This document shows positions 25,077 to 37,738 of a stretch of DNA of 64,000 bases, one piece after another. The notes below the pieces were generated by a model. It was not told the DNA's origin. It ran no database searches and saw only the letters and a program-made list of their open reading frames with translations. The translations under genes were made by a program, and so were the position numbers. The stretch comes from Dicyema japonicum (lineage: Eukaryota; Animalia; Dicyemida): positions 421,668 to 485,667 of the forward strand of contig RDEW01000006.1 of NCBI GenBank assembly GCA_011109175.1. Reading direction: 5' to 3'. The first letter of the stretch is position 1. Each line of letters begins with the position of its first letter.

Positions 25077-27000
25077 TAATGAGATTGGAAGACAGATGGT
25101 TCCGAGTCATACGACCCGTTGTCACGAGATTCCTCTGCATCTGTGAGGAAGATGGAAACCCGCTTCGCTTCTCCACATACAAGACAAAAAAAACCGATTG
25201 GTACAAAAGTTCTTCCTCAATCGGTTTCGTCTGAAAATGAGAGAAGGCTCTTTCGAAAGTTAGTAGAAACAATGGAATTCGATTGCGGGAACTAGAAACA
25301 TCTAACTGTTTGACGTTTTCTCTGTGATCCTGAGATTCTAAATAAATAAGTGCCGGATAAATTTCATGGACTTCTCTTTTCGAATGCAGTCCATTGCGGC
25401 TATAGGTTCCACGAATCTACCATACTTATTGGCTTGATGGGTGACACCGTGTTATTCACGTATAGCAAATCGGATTATCTATAGCAACTTCCCAGAAAAT
25501 TCAGGGGTTGAAGAAGTTTTGACCAATGGACTCAGGATGTTGAATGTGCTTAATGCGCCTGTCCCCTATGGTTGTTAGTTGTATTCGTTAAGATTGATAA
25601 ACAAAGCTCGATCAGACGTCTTTCGGCACCTACACCATTCTCCTAAATACACGTGGAACCATGGCCGTGGTTTCCTTCGTTTCCGACCTGGACTGTTCAA
25701 GGAAGGGCCGGATGATCTTCTGCTTGTGCTGAGGAATCTATTTAACGCGAGTATTACTCATGGATATGTCCCAATACGATGGAAATGTTCTATTATCAGA
25801 ATGGTACTCAAACCGGGAAAGTCGGGGAGGAACCCTCTCAACTATAGACCGATCAGCCTCATTTGCTCTATATCCAAGATTGCTGAGCGAATTATCTTCA
25901 AAGGCTGAACGAGCACATAGAAGAGAGTGGATTCCACCTCGCGGAACAATGGGGCTTCAGACCTGGAAAATCCTGTACGGACTGCATCTACCAGATGCAC
26001 ACGACGGTATTGAGAGGTCTGGAATTCAAGAGACAAGTCAACCTAGTATGTCTGGATCTGTCTAAAGCTTTTGATAGCGTGTGGCATGAAGCCCTCCTAT
26101 CAAGGCTAGCAGCTGCGAATATCCATAAGAAACACTTCATATGGATAAAGAACTTTCTAACAGAACGAACTTCCCGAATACGTGTCGGACCATATATGTC
26201 AAAAGATATTACATTGAAGAGGGGAGTTCCACAGGGCTCTATCTTGAGCCCGCTGTTGTTCAATATATTCTTGTCAGACTTCCCAGTTCCACCAGATATG
26301 AACACCAAAATGTTGATATACGCGGATGATATTCTAATCATGGATACTTCTGGAAAATCCACTTTATCGGAAAATAGAATCAGGCTATTTGTTGATCAAG
26401 TTCAGGACTGGTGCTCCAAGAGAGGGATAACACTCTCTACCGAAAAATCGAGCCATATGAGAGTCAGTCGCCTACGGAGGCATCGTGTACAGCCTTATTC
26501 ACTTGGCATCCCAAAAGTGAATTCACTTCGCTACCTCGGAATAGTCATCGATCAGACGAGGAAGGAAGAAAGCGCTACAAGCGCTTTTCTGTACAAGGAA
26601 GGTATCCGTAGGCTTGGAAACCTTGCTGTTTGTTTTCACGAGAGTTATTCTGCCGGAACTATTGTATGGATGCGAAGTATGGTTTTTCTCACGTCATAGA
26701 GATAGAATTATACTACTTATGGAAAAATCAAGAAGGTCAGCAATAAAGCTGGCCTTGGGGAAAAAATTATTCAACACCCTCAGTATTGAAGAAGGTAAAA
26801 TTCTTACTCCGGTGAGATACATTGTGGAGAAAAGGATCGATGGGATCCACCGATGGGATAAAAGAAAATGGAGATGAGGTATGTCGGAAGAGTCCAGGCC
26901 GCATAGGCGGACTCGCATAAACCTCTTAACTCCTATAATACGCTTAAATAAAGATTGGATCATTGGATTGCTTACGATATTGAGGGCCGATCGGTCCTAA
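25077..27000 (+). mobile_element. 5'-truncated APE-type LINE RT-A (non-chimeric donor copy)
   Basis: ORF 25995..26699 has LDLSKAFDSVWH, GVPQGSILSPLLFNIF, YADD and YLGIV; its 3' half differs from the array copies. Confidence 0.88.
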
Positions 27001-27039
27001 AGAATGACACCCCCATCGAGTTCCTTTGTATGCATTGAA

Positions 27040-27810
27040 GAATGCTTTATCGCTTAGCAGTTGTGACACGTGTATTGCAATGCTGTATTTGGAAACGATT
27101 TCCTCAATTCTTCCAAAATAATGAGACATCTCTTCATCAAATGTAAATCCCTCACTTTAACAGTTTCCTGATAAACCCACAAATTATGAGTCTAAAAAAC
27201 TCGTCAATACCAAAATGAATCCTATATTTTAATACCATTCCAGACATCATATGCTGCAATGTTGTGTGACCATAATAGTTGTGTGACCATAATAGTACAT
27301 TTCATTCAGGATCTTATCGATCCATTCATGCAGCTTTTGGGTACCACATTTGAAGAATTCACCACCAAGTCCGTCGGGGCCATGAATCCTGTTGTTAATC
27401 TCCTCAGGGTCATTAATCTCCTCAGGGTTTTTATTAAGCCATCCACTGTGAGGAGCGTAAACGTTTATTTTAATTAGAAATTTCTTCGACGGGTTGAGGT
27501 CATCCAGTTTCAATTGCAACACCCGATTTTATCATTCACGCTGTAATAGCGGCAGACTCTCTTGGATAGATCATTCCTAACGGCAAATCCTAGCCCATAG
27601 TGCTTGTTTCCACCTGGAAGGAAGATTAGTCAAAAGTTCCCATGTTATTCTTGGATCATGTTGATTAGTTTAGTCTCCTGAAGGCAGGCGATTGAAATCT
27701 TGTACTTTGAAAAATCCTCGACCAGTTCATTCCGTTTCCAAACGCTAGAGAATCCCTAGACGTTAAACGTGAGAAGGGATAAGTCCAATGGCTTGATACT
27801 GTGTTTTCCA
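27040..27810 (-). mobile_element. RTE LINE relic, internally deleted (endonuclease joined to RT start)
   Basis: LLTFNV, IACLQETK, HYGLGFAV and INVYAP, then GPDGLGGEFFK. Confidence 0.8.
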
Positions 27811-27940
27811 GATATTGCCTCTTTCTTTGTTTTATTTTAATAAATAATATACGATATTGTAGAAAACAAAACGTTAATAAATAATATAAATTAAAAAATA
27901 TTTTAAAAAATCATATAAATAATTAATTTAAATATTATTG

Positions 27941-28641
27941 ATGGTTGTGAAGAGAGTAACGTTTAAGGAAGATGAGAACAAAACTCACCATATAAGAGCA
28001 TACGAGGATGAGGATTTTGAGTACCAAGAAGAGAGTGTGAATATATTTGAAGAGGACGACGCAGAAGAGAGTGATGAGGAAATTGAAAGGGAAGTTAAGG
28101 AAAAAATACACGGAATTCCGATAACCCCATTTAACATGAACGACGAATTGGAAGAAGGATTCATTCTCCAAGATGGAATGTACGTAATGTCAGGTGTGAA
28201 GAGAATTTGGGATGATTGGTTGGATAACATTGACCACGTGGTTTATGAGCCCAACCGAGAACCTTGTAGGGAGAATGAGGAGAAAGATGAACCTGTGAAC
28301 AGAGATGCCATTCAGGAGATTCGGGGATTTTTAAACCCCGGAGAATCCGTGTTGGAAGCAATTCGGAGATTTGGTGGAGAATCCAAATGTGCGAATCAGT
28401 GGTGGTCGAAGAAGAGGAAGAACACGACAGATTTTTCTCAAGGGAACAAGAAGTCATTGTTGCGTCTTACGGAACAGGCTGACTTGCTAGTGAGTGAGGG
28501 GAAATGTACGTGTATCAGCATACTGGTGAGAGAATGGGGGAAATGTTGGGGAAGAGGACAGAATCTGCTATTCTAGTCGACTTGTACCCCATGAGAATGG
28601 AGATTAGTGATGATGCTACTTACGATATGTTTGTTGATTGA
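27941..28641 (+). CDS. CD2BP2: CD2BP2 / U5-52K (LIN1)-like; one G missing at ~28498-28501; no GYF domain found
   Basis: GIPITPFNMNDELEEG, DDWLDNID, LNPGESVLEAIRRFG, LTEQADLLVSEG; the shifted frame continues EMYVYQHTGERM...DDATYDMFVD*. Confidence 0.8.
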
Positions 28642-29239
28642 TTTTTGTATTTTATTATATTGTCTTTTATATGTCAATGTTGTTTTTAAGTGGCTTGCAG
28701 GAAAACAACTACAAAAGCAGACATTCACAGAGATCCGTCAGGTATATTTGGAGTGACGCAGAATTCGAAAGTGGACCAAGATAAGAAAAGTGGTGGTTAC
28801 TACATAGGTGTTGTAGAGTTTGAGCCCAATTGTATGATGAGATTGATGTTACAAGGAGAGACTATATTTGAGAAATTAGTAGGCCGGAAATAATAGGACA
28901 ACATTAGAAGATTTAATGCAAATATAAAAAAATAAGTAAATGGGAATTGAATTTATTTTAGATGGAATTTAATACTTCATTTTTTGTAAAGTAAAACAAT
29001 CAACTCCACCTACATTATCGACGTGTTGCTTCTCACGATTGCAACAGAGATCACCTGGAGAAGCCACCGGTTCTCACGTGTGTTGTGGCTTTTTAGTGTA
29101 GCTAGGCGTCCAAGTTTCATTAGGAAGTGAAGCGATTCTACACTTTTTTAAATAAATTTTTTTTCGTAATAAAATCAAATTTAGTTATTTTTATCGATGA
29201 GAAGTTTCTCAATAACTATTTTAAAAAAATTAAAACACG

Positions 29240-31600
29240 CTACTTGTTCTGGTGCTAAGAAGAAAAGAAAAAGAAAGGAAGATCAGAAAATAACATGCAG
29301 AAAACTAATCAGGCCAGGTCTGACTCTGTCCGTATATGGATCACGTTACATTCGAAGAAATACTACTTTTACCTGCAAGATCGAAAGGGCAGTGCGCGTC
29401 TTGTGGATATTGCAACGCGAGGAAGTACGGATTGAATTGCACATCTTGCGGGAGATTTTTTCACCTCGGGTGTGTCCGAATATCGAAATTGGCTGCGAGA
29501 TCTCTTTACAAATGGGACTACGCGTACTGTATGGATACCGACCCCGCTCGGTGCCGTCATCCGGCTGAATTCAGTCATCCCTCTTATTCTGGATTGCGCC
29601 CAAGCCAGCCATGTAAAGGACTTGACCTCCGAAGCTACTGATGAAGCCGGCCGTGCCTTGTTAAAGTCTATCACCTTGCTGTTCACTCGAATAGTTAATG
29701 ATGATATTCAAAATTTGCTAGAGATCTTTTTTGTGGACATCTACTGGCATTCCGAAAAGGAATGGAGTGTCCGCCCAATTGCGATCGATACATACTTTCG
29801 AAGGCTTGCTGCTCAAATCGCTGCCCTGAGAACCTTCCACAATATTACTAAAGAGCTGTTCCCGACTCAACTAGGTGACCGGCGGTTGCAAGGCAGCAGT
29901 ACGCCGTGATGAGTTACTTCAACATCAATAATTCCAGACCCAAAGGCTAGCCTGAAGCTTGATATATCAAATGCCTTCAACTCGCTGAGGAAAGACTGTA
30001 TTTTGGAAACTTGTTGGAAGAGAGTCCAGAGATTGGCCGACTAGTACACTTATCGTATGGGACGGACTCAGCAGTAGTTTACAAAAGCGATATCGTTTAT
30101 TCACTCACGGGCGTTGAGCAGGGAGACCCTCTAGGGCCTTTGCTTTTTTCAATGACACAGTGGCACGAACATAAACAGGAACTCAACCTGTGGTACTTGG
30201 ACGACACCACAATAGCTAGCCAATATGAGAATGTATATCAGGAAATTTCTTCAACCATTCCAGTTCTGAAACAATTGGTTTTTAGTGTCAATGTTATGAA
30301 ATAGGAACTGATAATTACTGCTCATCTCCAAGCTTTTCTACTGCCTGCCAAGAATTCAGATCGCTACTTCCAGTTTCAGCACATCCTCTTTGACAACACA
30401 CACCTCCTATGCCTTCTAGGAAACGACGAGCTGGAAAACTGCCTCACCAGTAAGGATAATGAAGTTGATGCCTTTACAAAGAGAGTATCATCTTTGGATC
30501 CACATGTGTCTTTCTTCTTGCTCAAGAAATGTATTTCCATGTCATTCACCATGTTTTGAACACCGGAATGCACTATTGTCTGCTGATGGGACTCTGAGAC
30601 GATCGGCGGAGTCAATACGGAATGTCAAATTCGATGATCTGGGCTAGACAATGTGCAAACTATCTGCGAAAAATAAGGGCATTGGGTTAAGATCCTCCCT
30701 TGAAGCCGCCCTGCCTGCCTACTTATCATCCTTGCGAGCTGCAGTAGCTTGGTCCAAGCAGTCCTACGTAACATAACTGGACATACCTTGGACTCGGAGC
30801 TTGATAGAGTTAGCAAGTTGTGGGGAGGTTGGGCTTGGAATTCCCGTCGAACTTTGTTTGCCAGAAGAGTTGGGACTCAATTGCATGTATGAGCACTCTG
30901 GAGGCCGCGAAGACAAGCGCCAACCAACACCAACTGGCAAGCATTAAGTCGGCCGCACATCGCGGAAATGGAACCTGGCTCTAGGCCCTACCGTCCTCAC
31001 ATCTGGGGACCCTCCTTGACGAAAACAGCCTGAGGATCGTGGTGGCACTGCACCTAGGACTGGACATATGCCAGAGCCACAAATGCCGTTGCGGCGGCGA
31101 CGTTGATACGAAAGGCTTACATCCACTCTCTTGCCGACGAAGCGCTGGTCGAGCCCCGTGTCACGCAGCCCTCAAGACCGAGGGATTTCCGGCCCAATTA
31201 AAACCTTTGGGCTTAGACAGAAGCCACAGGAAGAGGCCGGATGGCATGACGTTATTCTCATATTCCCACGGAAAATCACTAGTCTTGGACGCAACGCGTG
31301 TGGACACCTTCTCAGGGGCCAGATCTCTGACGGCGACGCACTCTCCTGGAGACGCAGCCGACCAGGCGGAGGCCAAGAAGATCCGTAAATACGAATCCCT
31401 CGTAGACGAATACCATTTCTCCCCCATTGCTGTGGAGACAACTGGAACCGTGGGAGCGAAGACGGACGCCTTTCTCTTCAGCATTGGAAGCAAACTCGCC
31501 TCAAAAAGGTGTGAGCCACAGAAGAGGCTCTGGTTGAGGCAGAGACTCGAATTGGCGATTATCAGAGATAACGCCTTCGCCATTCTGTCGTCCTAGTTAT
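29240..31600 (+). mobile_element. CRE-like non-LTR retrotransposon (PHD, RT, restriction-like endonuclease), decayed; inserted in a pogo 3'-end copy
   Basis: PHD at 29393-29530; SGLRP, RPIAIDTYFRRL, GVEQGDPLGPLLF, WYLDD; CRCGGDVD..GLHPLSC, RPDG, DAT, KIRKYE, PIAVETTG. Flanks match 9300-9430. Confidence 0.88.
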
Positions 31601-31669
31601 TCATAATTTTAAAAATAAATTCTCTTGTGGTTTTAAATTAAAAAAATTATTGATTAAATTCTGAAATTT

Positions 31670-32870
31670 GGCCATGCAAAGATATTCGAGAATTCTGGCA
31701 CGTTCACCTTGGATGCCCTCTATTCTTGTTCTGGATGGAAAAGTTTATGATGAGAAAAGTCGACTCCTTTCGAATCATGACGAAAAAGTTCAAAACTCTT
31801 GAAGCACATACCGCCTTCTTAATAAAAAAATAACATTTTTGTTCTCAAAATGATCTTCTCATTACGGAGTTCCTCTTGTTTTCATGATTCTCTCAAATCT
31901 CTGGAAGATCTTATCAGACAGACAACTGAAGAAATCCTCAATATCAGCTTTGACAGCACTGGCTGATCCCTAGGAAAGCTCCCGATAAGGTTTGAGGGAA
32001 TTGGTTTGAGGTCTGCCGATTTGGTCATTCCATGCTACCTATCGTCCTTCGCAAGCTGTCGCGCCTTGGCCAACTCAATTTTATGTTCCTGCCACGGATT
32101 GACTCTGGACCCTGTGCTTGACCTGGTTGTGCATCAATGGATAGCGAACGGGTTTGGTTTTCAGAAGAACTTTACCTCTCAAAAGGACTGGGATGAAATC
32201 CTTTGTGAAAGAAGCTAAATTAACTTAGAAGATCCGCAGATACCCATCGTCGCACATGTCTGAATGCAGCGTCCACTGAGAATTCGGGGTCCAGGCTCAA
32301 TCCCTTTTCGGTACGGGCAGTTGGTACTCTGCTTGACGGGAATAAAATCCGCGTTGGAGTTGTTCCTCGGCCAGGCCTTGACGTCTGCTTGGAACACCGA
32401 TGCCGATGTGGTGAGATGATTGAAAGGAAAGGACTACACTCGATGTCATGCAGACGGAGCTCCAAGAGATTCCCTTGTCACGCCATGTTAAACACGACAT
32501 TCATGAGAGCTATCAAAGACGCCGAGTTTACTTGCCTTCTGGAGCCCGTCAGTGTTGGCAGAGGTGATGGAAAGCATAATAACCATGCCATGGAGCCGAG
32601 GGAGGTGTTTTGATTGGGACACTTTCTCCAATGAAAATTTGCCTAAGTAATCGTTGCACGCAGGTTCCGCAGCGAGTACTGCTGAAGATTTGAAAAGGAA
32701 TACGACATCATGGACCGGTTCGTTTTCCAGCCGATCTCCGTTGAGACGTCTGGCGTTATTGACCCGAATACGTCTGATTTTATTAAGTTAATCGGAATGC
32801 TTGCAGGGAAACAGAATGGCGAACCTATAATGAGGCAATGGCTTTTCAAGAACATTGGGCTCTCGAGAGG
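31670..32870 (+). mobile_element. Second CRE-like 3' fragment (RT end, zinc knuckle, RLE)
   Basis: LR SADLVIPCYLSSF, HRCRCGEMIERKGLHSMSCR, FQPISVETSG. Confidence 0.8.
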
Positions 32871-32939
32871 TTACCCCCTTTAGGTGCTCAATGCCCATAG
32901 GCCACAATGGAGACCTGTCAAAACAACTTTACATTATGT

Positions 32940-33800
32940 TCACAGGACTACAAAAAAACAAAAGAATATAAAGAGAACTATTTATCTTTTGATTTTATTA
33001 ATGCAAACCTCGACATCAAAAGATCCTTATCTGCTTCATTGACATGCAGAAGATTTTTGACTCGATTCTGAAAAAATTACTCACTGGAAGATCTTTGTCT
33101 CTAACATTCCGAGCAATTTTAATTTTAAACGGACAAAGAGAAAGGTTAATTGCACGTTCCACGTATTCTGTCACTAAATTTTCATTAAACGGTGAACAGG
33201 AATCCCCGCTGTCACACATTCTCTTTAACTTCTTTATGAGCGATATGCATTCCCACAACACTTTGGTCCTCGCTTATGCTGACGACATAATCGTAGCAAC
33301 AAGAGACCATTAATTCAAATTAAATACTAACAAATTCGGCACCTTTTTTTACCCTTAATGGAATGCCAATCCCCTCCACTATCTATCAAAATACTAGGGA
33401 TCACATACGACCCCCTTATGAGGGATGGAGTACAAACCTATACTATACGAACCTAAAGAAAACTAATTTTTCCAAGAAACAGTCACGGAGGTCCTACAAA
33501 GGTCTTCCTCGCCATTAATGCCAACTCAGTTAGAGGAACTTGTCAGGGAACCCAATTGAAATTTCTAAATTCCGAAAAGTGTCTCATACATACAGGAAGT
33601 GAGTAGGTTCTCAGAAGAAACACAGAAAAGGTTAAGACTTCTTAAAATACTGGCTATTCTTAATAAGATATGCTGTTCTAGACGACCACAAAACGGCTTC
33701 TCTTCTCTTGTCCTGATTCGCCTTCGATTTCTGCGCCACATCAGATAAATATGAAAACGACCAGTCCTAGGAACCCCACCAATAGGCTGGGATAGAACCA
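32940..33800 (+). mobile_element. Jockey-like LINE RT relic
   Basis: QESPLSHILFN..LAYADD (ORF 33044..33313) and KILGITYD remnant. Confidence 0.65.
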
Positions 33801-33961
33801 ATAATCCTTTTTTGGTGCCACAATAAACTGGGGACCACCCGAGAAAGGTCTTAAAAATTTTTTTATCCTAAAATAATTATCTATTAATAAATTTTTATTT
33901 AATAATTTTTAATATAAATAAATTTTGTTTATTTAAATTTGAACGTGCTTATTGTCTCTTG

Positions 33962-34155
33962 ATGGGTCACGCTAACGTTTTCTATTCACATCCTCGTAAT
34001 TACGGACAAGGATCGCGTGCTTGGTATTTAATCTAATTTATATTAGTCGAATGTGCGGGAATCGACATGGGCTGATCAGAAAGTACGCTCTTTTCGTGTG
34101 TCGTCAATGTTTCCGTGATAATGCCAAGTCACTTGGCTTTAAGAAATTGGATTAG
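33962..34155 (+). CDS. RPS29: 40S ribosomal protein S29 (uS14), 56 aa, one 23-nt intron (34024-34046)
   Basis: [21 protein letters not shown]|[35 protein letters not shown]; intact, with a C2-C2 zinc site. Confidence 0.97.
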
Positions 34156-34689
34156 TCTTTTATTCTTTTTGTCACTTTCATTTTAAAAGTTATTAATTTT
34201 CGTTATATTTTCTCATATCTGCCAGGGAGAGAGACCGCCAAGCTGTCACTGGGGTCACACAAGACTATACTACTAAGACAGTTGACAGCAGATAGCAGAT
34301 AGAAATTCCCATATAGGAGAACTTTGCTAAAAGAACTCAGGGAGCTGTGTCCTTGATGCAGAGATGTCGAATCCTCTTTGTACAGTTTGAGTACTCTAGG
34401 GCCTAGAAGGGTGAAGAAATAAAATATGTAAAATACTCGGTGTTTTCAGTTGGTCATTTATGTAAAACATATTAAGTTCAATAAATCCTTGCGAATTGGT
34501 TATTTTTTTATTAATTTTTTTAAATTTTTTTTAAACAAAATAATGTTTTTAACAATTAAACAAATGTCAGTTGAGAAAGCCTGCTGCGTGGATTGCGAAC
34601 GAGTTCCCTCGGAGTATGGCCATTCCAATTGGTTATTTTCGATGCAGAATCGAGTATTTAGGTGATGGAGAATATCACTTAATAAACAT

Positions 34690-35420
34690 TTGAATTTCGT
34701 CAATTTCACAATTATTGTAACAAATCAACATTTTTTCACTTTAAAATTGTTTTGTAAGCTTAGCAGTGTTTAGCATCGTTATCCTGCTGGAAGACAAATT
34801 CAGAAAGCTTAATTTTTTCTGCAGAAGATAGCAAATATTTAGATAAAATCTATAAATTTGAATCTATCCACTATCCTATCAATAAAAACTAATTTACCGA
34901 CACATAATATGAAAAACAAGCAAACTACCACCACCATGTTTGACTGTAGGGAAAGTATTTTTGGGTTCTAACGCCTTATTAAGTTTTCGCCAAACAAAAA
35001 GCTTTTCATCTGAGTAGAAAAGGTTGAATATACATTCATTTGAGAATATAGTATTGGTCAGCTTCTTTTGATAATATTAAAGCCATTTACAGGCTGCTTC
35101 AAAACGTAATTTTATTATTCTTGGTGTTAACAGAGGCTTTTTTATTGGGTTGTGTGCCAATATTTTTTATTATTCAATATTTTTAATTGTTATATGACTA
35201 ATTGATATGTTTCTATCATTCTTCATTTTAATCAAAATTTTTCTTTATGACATTTTGGATTTTTGCTCAATTTCATAACAAATGATGTTTAAAATCTCTT
35301 CAGAGCAAATATTGTGACCACCACTTCCTTGTCGGCGTTCTGTTATGTTAGTAGCAGACGTCTTTTTTATTTGTTAAGACAATCTGTTTTTATTTAAAAC
35401 CGGCATCTTTTAATTGAATG
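34690..35420 (-). mobile_element. Tc1-like transposase relic
   Basis: KKPLLT, TVKHGGGS and FQQDNDAKH motifs, interrupted by stops. Confidence 0.8.
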
Positions 35421-35649
35421 ATTTGTGTAATTTTATATGAGGATAGTTCATTTTTATGGGTTATTATTTATTTATACTTTACACAACAGGAATCACCAGA
35501 AATTTTTAAAATTCAAAAAATATAACATTTTGTTGTTACAAAATCTACCATATTAAAATAAAATTGACTAAATTTTTGCATTTTTAAATATTTTGAAAAT
35601 TTTTAAAATTTCAGATAGATAATACATTTAATATAACATTTTGCTGTTA

Positions 35650-37130
35650 AAGACTGTACCCCTCCACTGTCATGCCCCAGCGGCTACACTTCCGAGCTCA
35701 AGCGATTCCCCAGGTTTGAAAATAGGCTAATTAGCGGTGACCTAAATGCGAAGAGTTCTCATTGGTTTGCTGACCAATAAATGGATCAACAGGGAACCCT
35801 CATATCCGACAGTTTTGACGACCATCATTCTCAATAATCTAAGCAAACACACAAGGACCCCTTCCCTCGAGGCGACTCTTCTACTTCACTCGACACTTGC
35901 CGCTCCTACTCTTGTGGCTGTCATTTCATGGGATGTTATATACGGCTTACATACTGACCATAACCCGATCTTCATGAGGATCCCACAAAAACATAAGTTA
36001 ATGATCACTTCAAGAACCAATGTTCACTTCTCAAAGGCAATATGGCCCGCTTTCACATATTTTATCAAACTACACCTTCAGGCCTTCCGGATAGAGGACT
36101 TGGGATCTATAGACGCTGCTGTCAAATACTCAATGAGATTATACTCCGAGCTCGCAAAAGATTCATTCCGATAGGTTGTCCTAACGTCCATCACATCCAA
36201 TCGATGATGAATCGCGAGCTCTAATCCAAACGAGAAATAATCTGAATAAATTCGAAAGACAATCAGTGCACGTAACTGAAAGGATATCAAAACCGAATAA
36301 AGGAATCACACGGAACATCACAAAACATACAAAGAATAATGGGAACCGTTCTCAGAAAAGCTACGAATAATACATCCTCTGCTGTATTATGTAAATCGAT
36401 AAGAAGGCTCAAGAAGTGCTCTCCATATTTAATTGAATATCGAGAGCCATGTCCAAATGAGGTTATGAAGTACTATGTGAATATTAGTATAAATCACACT
36501 CAAAAGACCTGGATGTTCGTTCAGGCCATGGTCGAAGGGATAAATGTCCCAACATGACTTCCTTCAACCCTTCAATGGTGCATTCAATAATCAGGAAAAT
36601 GAATAACTCGTCGTCCCGCGGTTCAGATGACATCTCCATTCTCGAACTGAAAACATGGGTTTTTCCGCGACGGCCGCAATAACAAAAATTTTTAATTTCT
36701 CAATAAACGAGAACAAGATTCCTTTAATATGGAAGACCTATCTGAAGATACACCTTATCCTGAAGAAAAACAAACCACCAGTTCTTGGTTGCAGTGAAAC
36801 ATCGAAGAGGCGACACGGTCCGTGCAAAAGATATTAAGCCTGATGGGTTTTGATGAATTGCCTCAATATATCACCAGGAAAGTCACATGTAACGACGTTT
36901 ACTCATCACGAAAAAAAATACGGGCAACACCAGAAATAAATTGTATGATTCCCCGCTCCCCATTAAGAAGACCATTTCAATCCTTGGAGTTGTATGATTC
37001 CCCCATTAAGGTCCTCAAGATGGCAAAGTCCCCTGACCATCCCCTCGGGCCGGACATCTAACTATATATGGACGCCTGCTTGAGATATGAGAAGAAACCT
37101 TCCCCGCTGTGGATATAAATCCAGGACTCC
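35650..37130 (+). mobile_element. Jockey/I-like LINE relic (endonuclease end to RT start)
   Basis: GDLNAK, TDHNPI, FSKAIW, SRGSDDIS and KIPLIWK remnants. Confidence 0.7.
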
Positions 37131-37419
37131 AAAAACTAACCGTAGGAAAAGGACTGGTATGAATAAAATAAACGGTTACTGAAGTAAGTTTTTCCTGTCA
37201 TCTTTCAAGAAAATTTCCTTTTCTGACCAGAATTATTTTTGATAGAAGTATCTACCATTAAAGAAATCCCTAGTAGAGAAGAATCCTTTTAAATGCCGGC
37301 CAGGCATTGGGCGTTTCTGAGTTAAGTGTATCTAATGATGCCTATAGAAATCGTAGAACAGAAATCTTTCAACCAAGTAAAAAAGCGGTGTGGGAATCGA
37401 ACCCACAAGTAAATGCAAT

Positions 37420-37639
37420 AATAATAATATAATAACAGCCTTTTTAACGGAGCCGTGGTATTAGCTCTGCATAGGCAGGACACACGCTTTATTTAAGTAA
37501 AGAACAGTTAATTTTAACTAATCGTAGAACCAAGGAATGATCCTCACTTCTTTTTTTTCTTTTTCTTGTATGAGTGTCCTTTCTAGACAATCCAGTTCCG
37601 CAGTGAGTATTCACTGATGACGGCGTCACTCGTCAAACC
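37420..37639 (-). mobile_element. 5'-truncated SINE copy with 14-bp TSD CAAGTAAATGCAAT (37406-37419 and 37640-37653)
   Basis: High similarity to 41510-41736. Confidence 0.85.
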
Positions 37640-37738
37640 CAAGTAAATGCAATGCGAGGACAAAACTAACCCACGTGAGTTAGGATTATAATCAGGGAAT
37701 AATCAAAAAAGTTTTTATTATAAAAATAACAATAAAAT

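Larger units (their letters stand above)
11524..26270. repeat. Tandem segmental array: three units of 4914, 4920 and 4901 bp (RT-A 3' half, RT-B, Ginger right end, HP1, RT-A 5' half)
   Basis: Junction word TTCAATATATTC at 11524, 16438, 21358 and 26259; units are near-identical and collinear. Confidence 0.95.

Noticed and set aside
34564-34665. Short Cys-rich ORF MSVEKACCVDCERVPSEYGHSNW
   Set aside because: It is too short, matches no family I recognise, and abuts a Tc1 relic.
37385-37685. tRNA-like T-arm (GTGGG TTCGATT CCCAC) plus T-run on the minus strand, split by the SINE
   Set aside because: After removing the SINE, only ~56 nt lie between plausible acceptor strands and no D or anticodon arm forms. 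Not callable as a tRNA.
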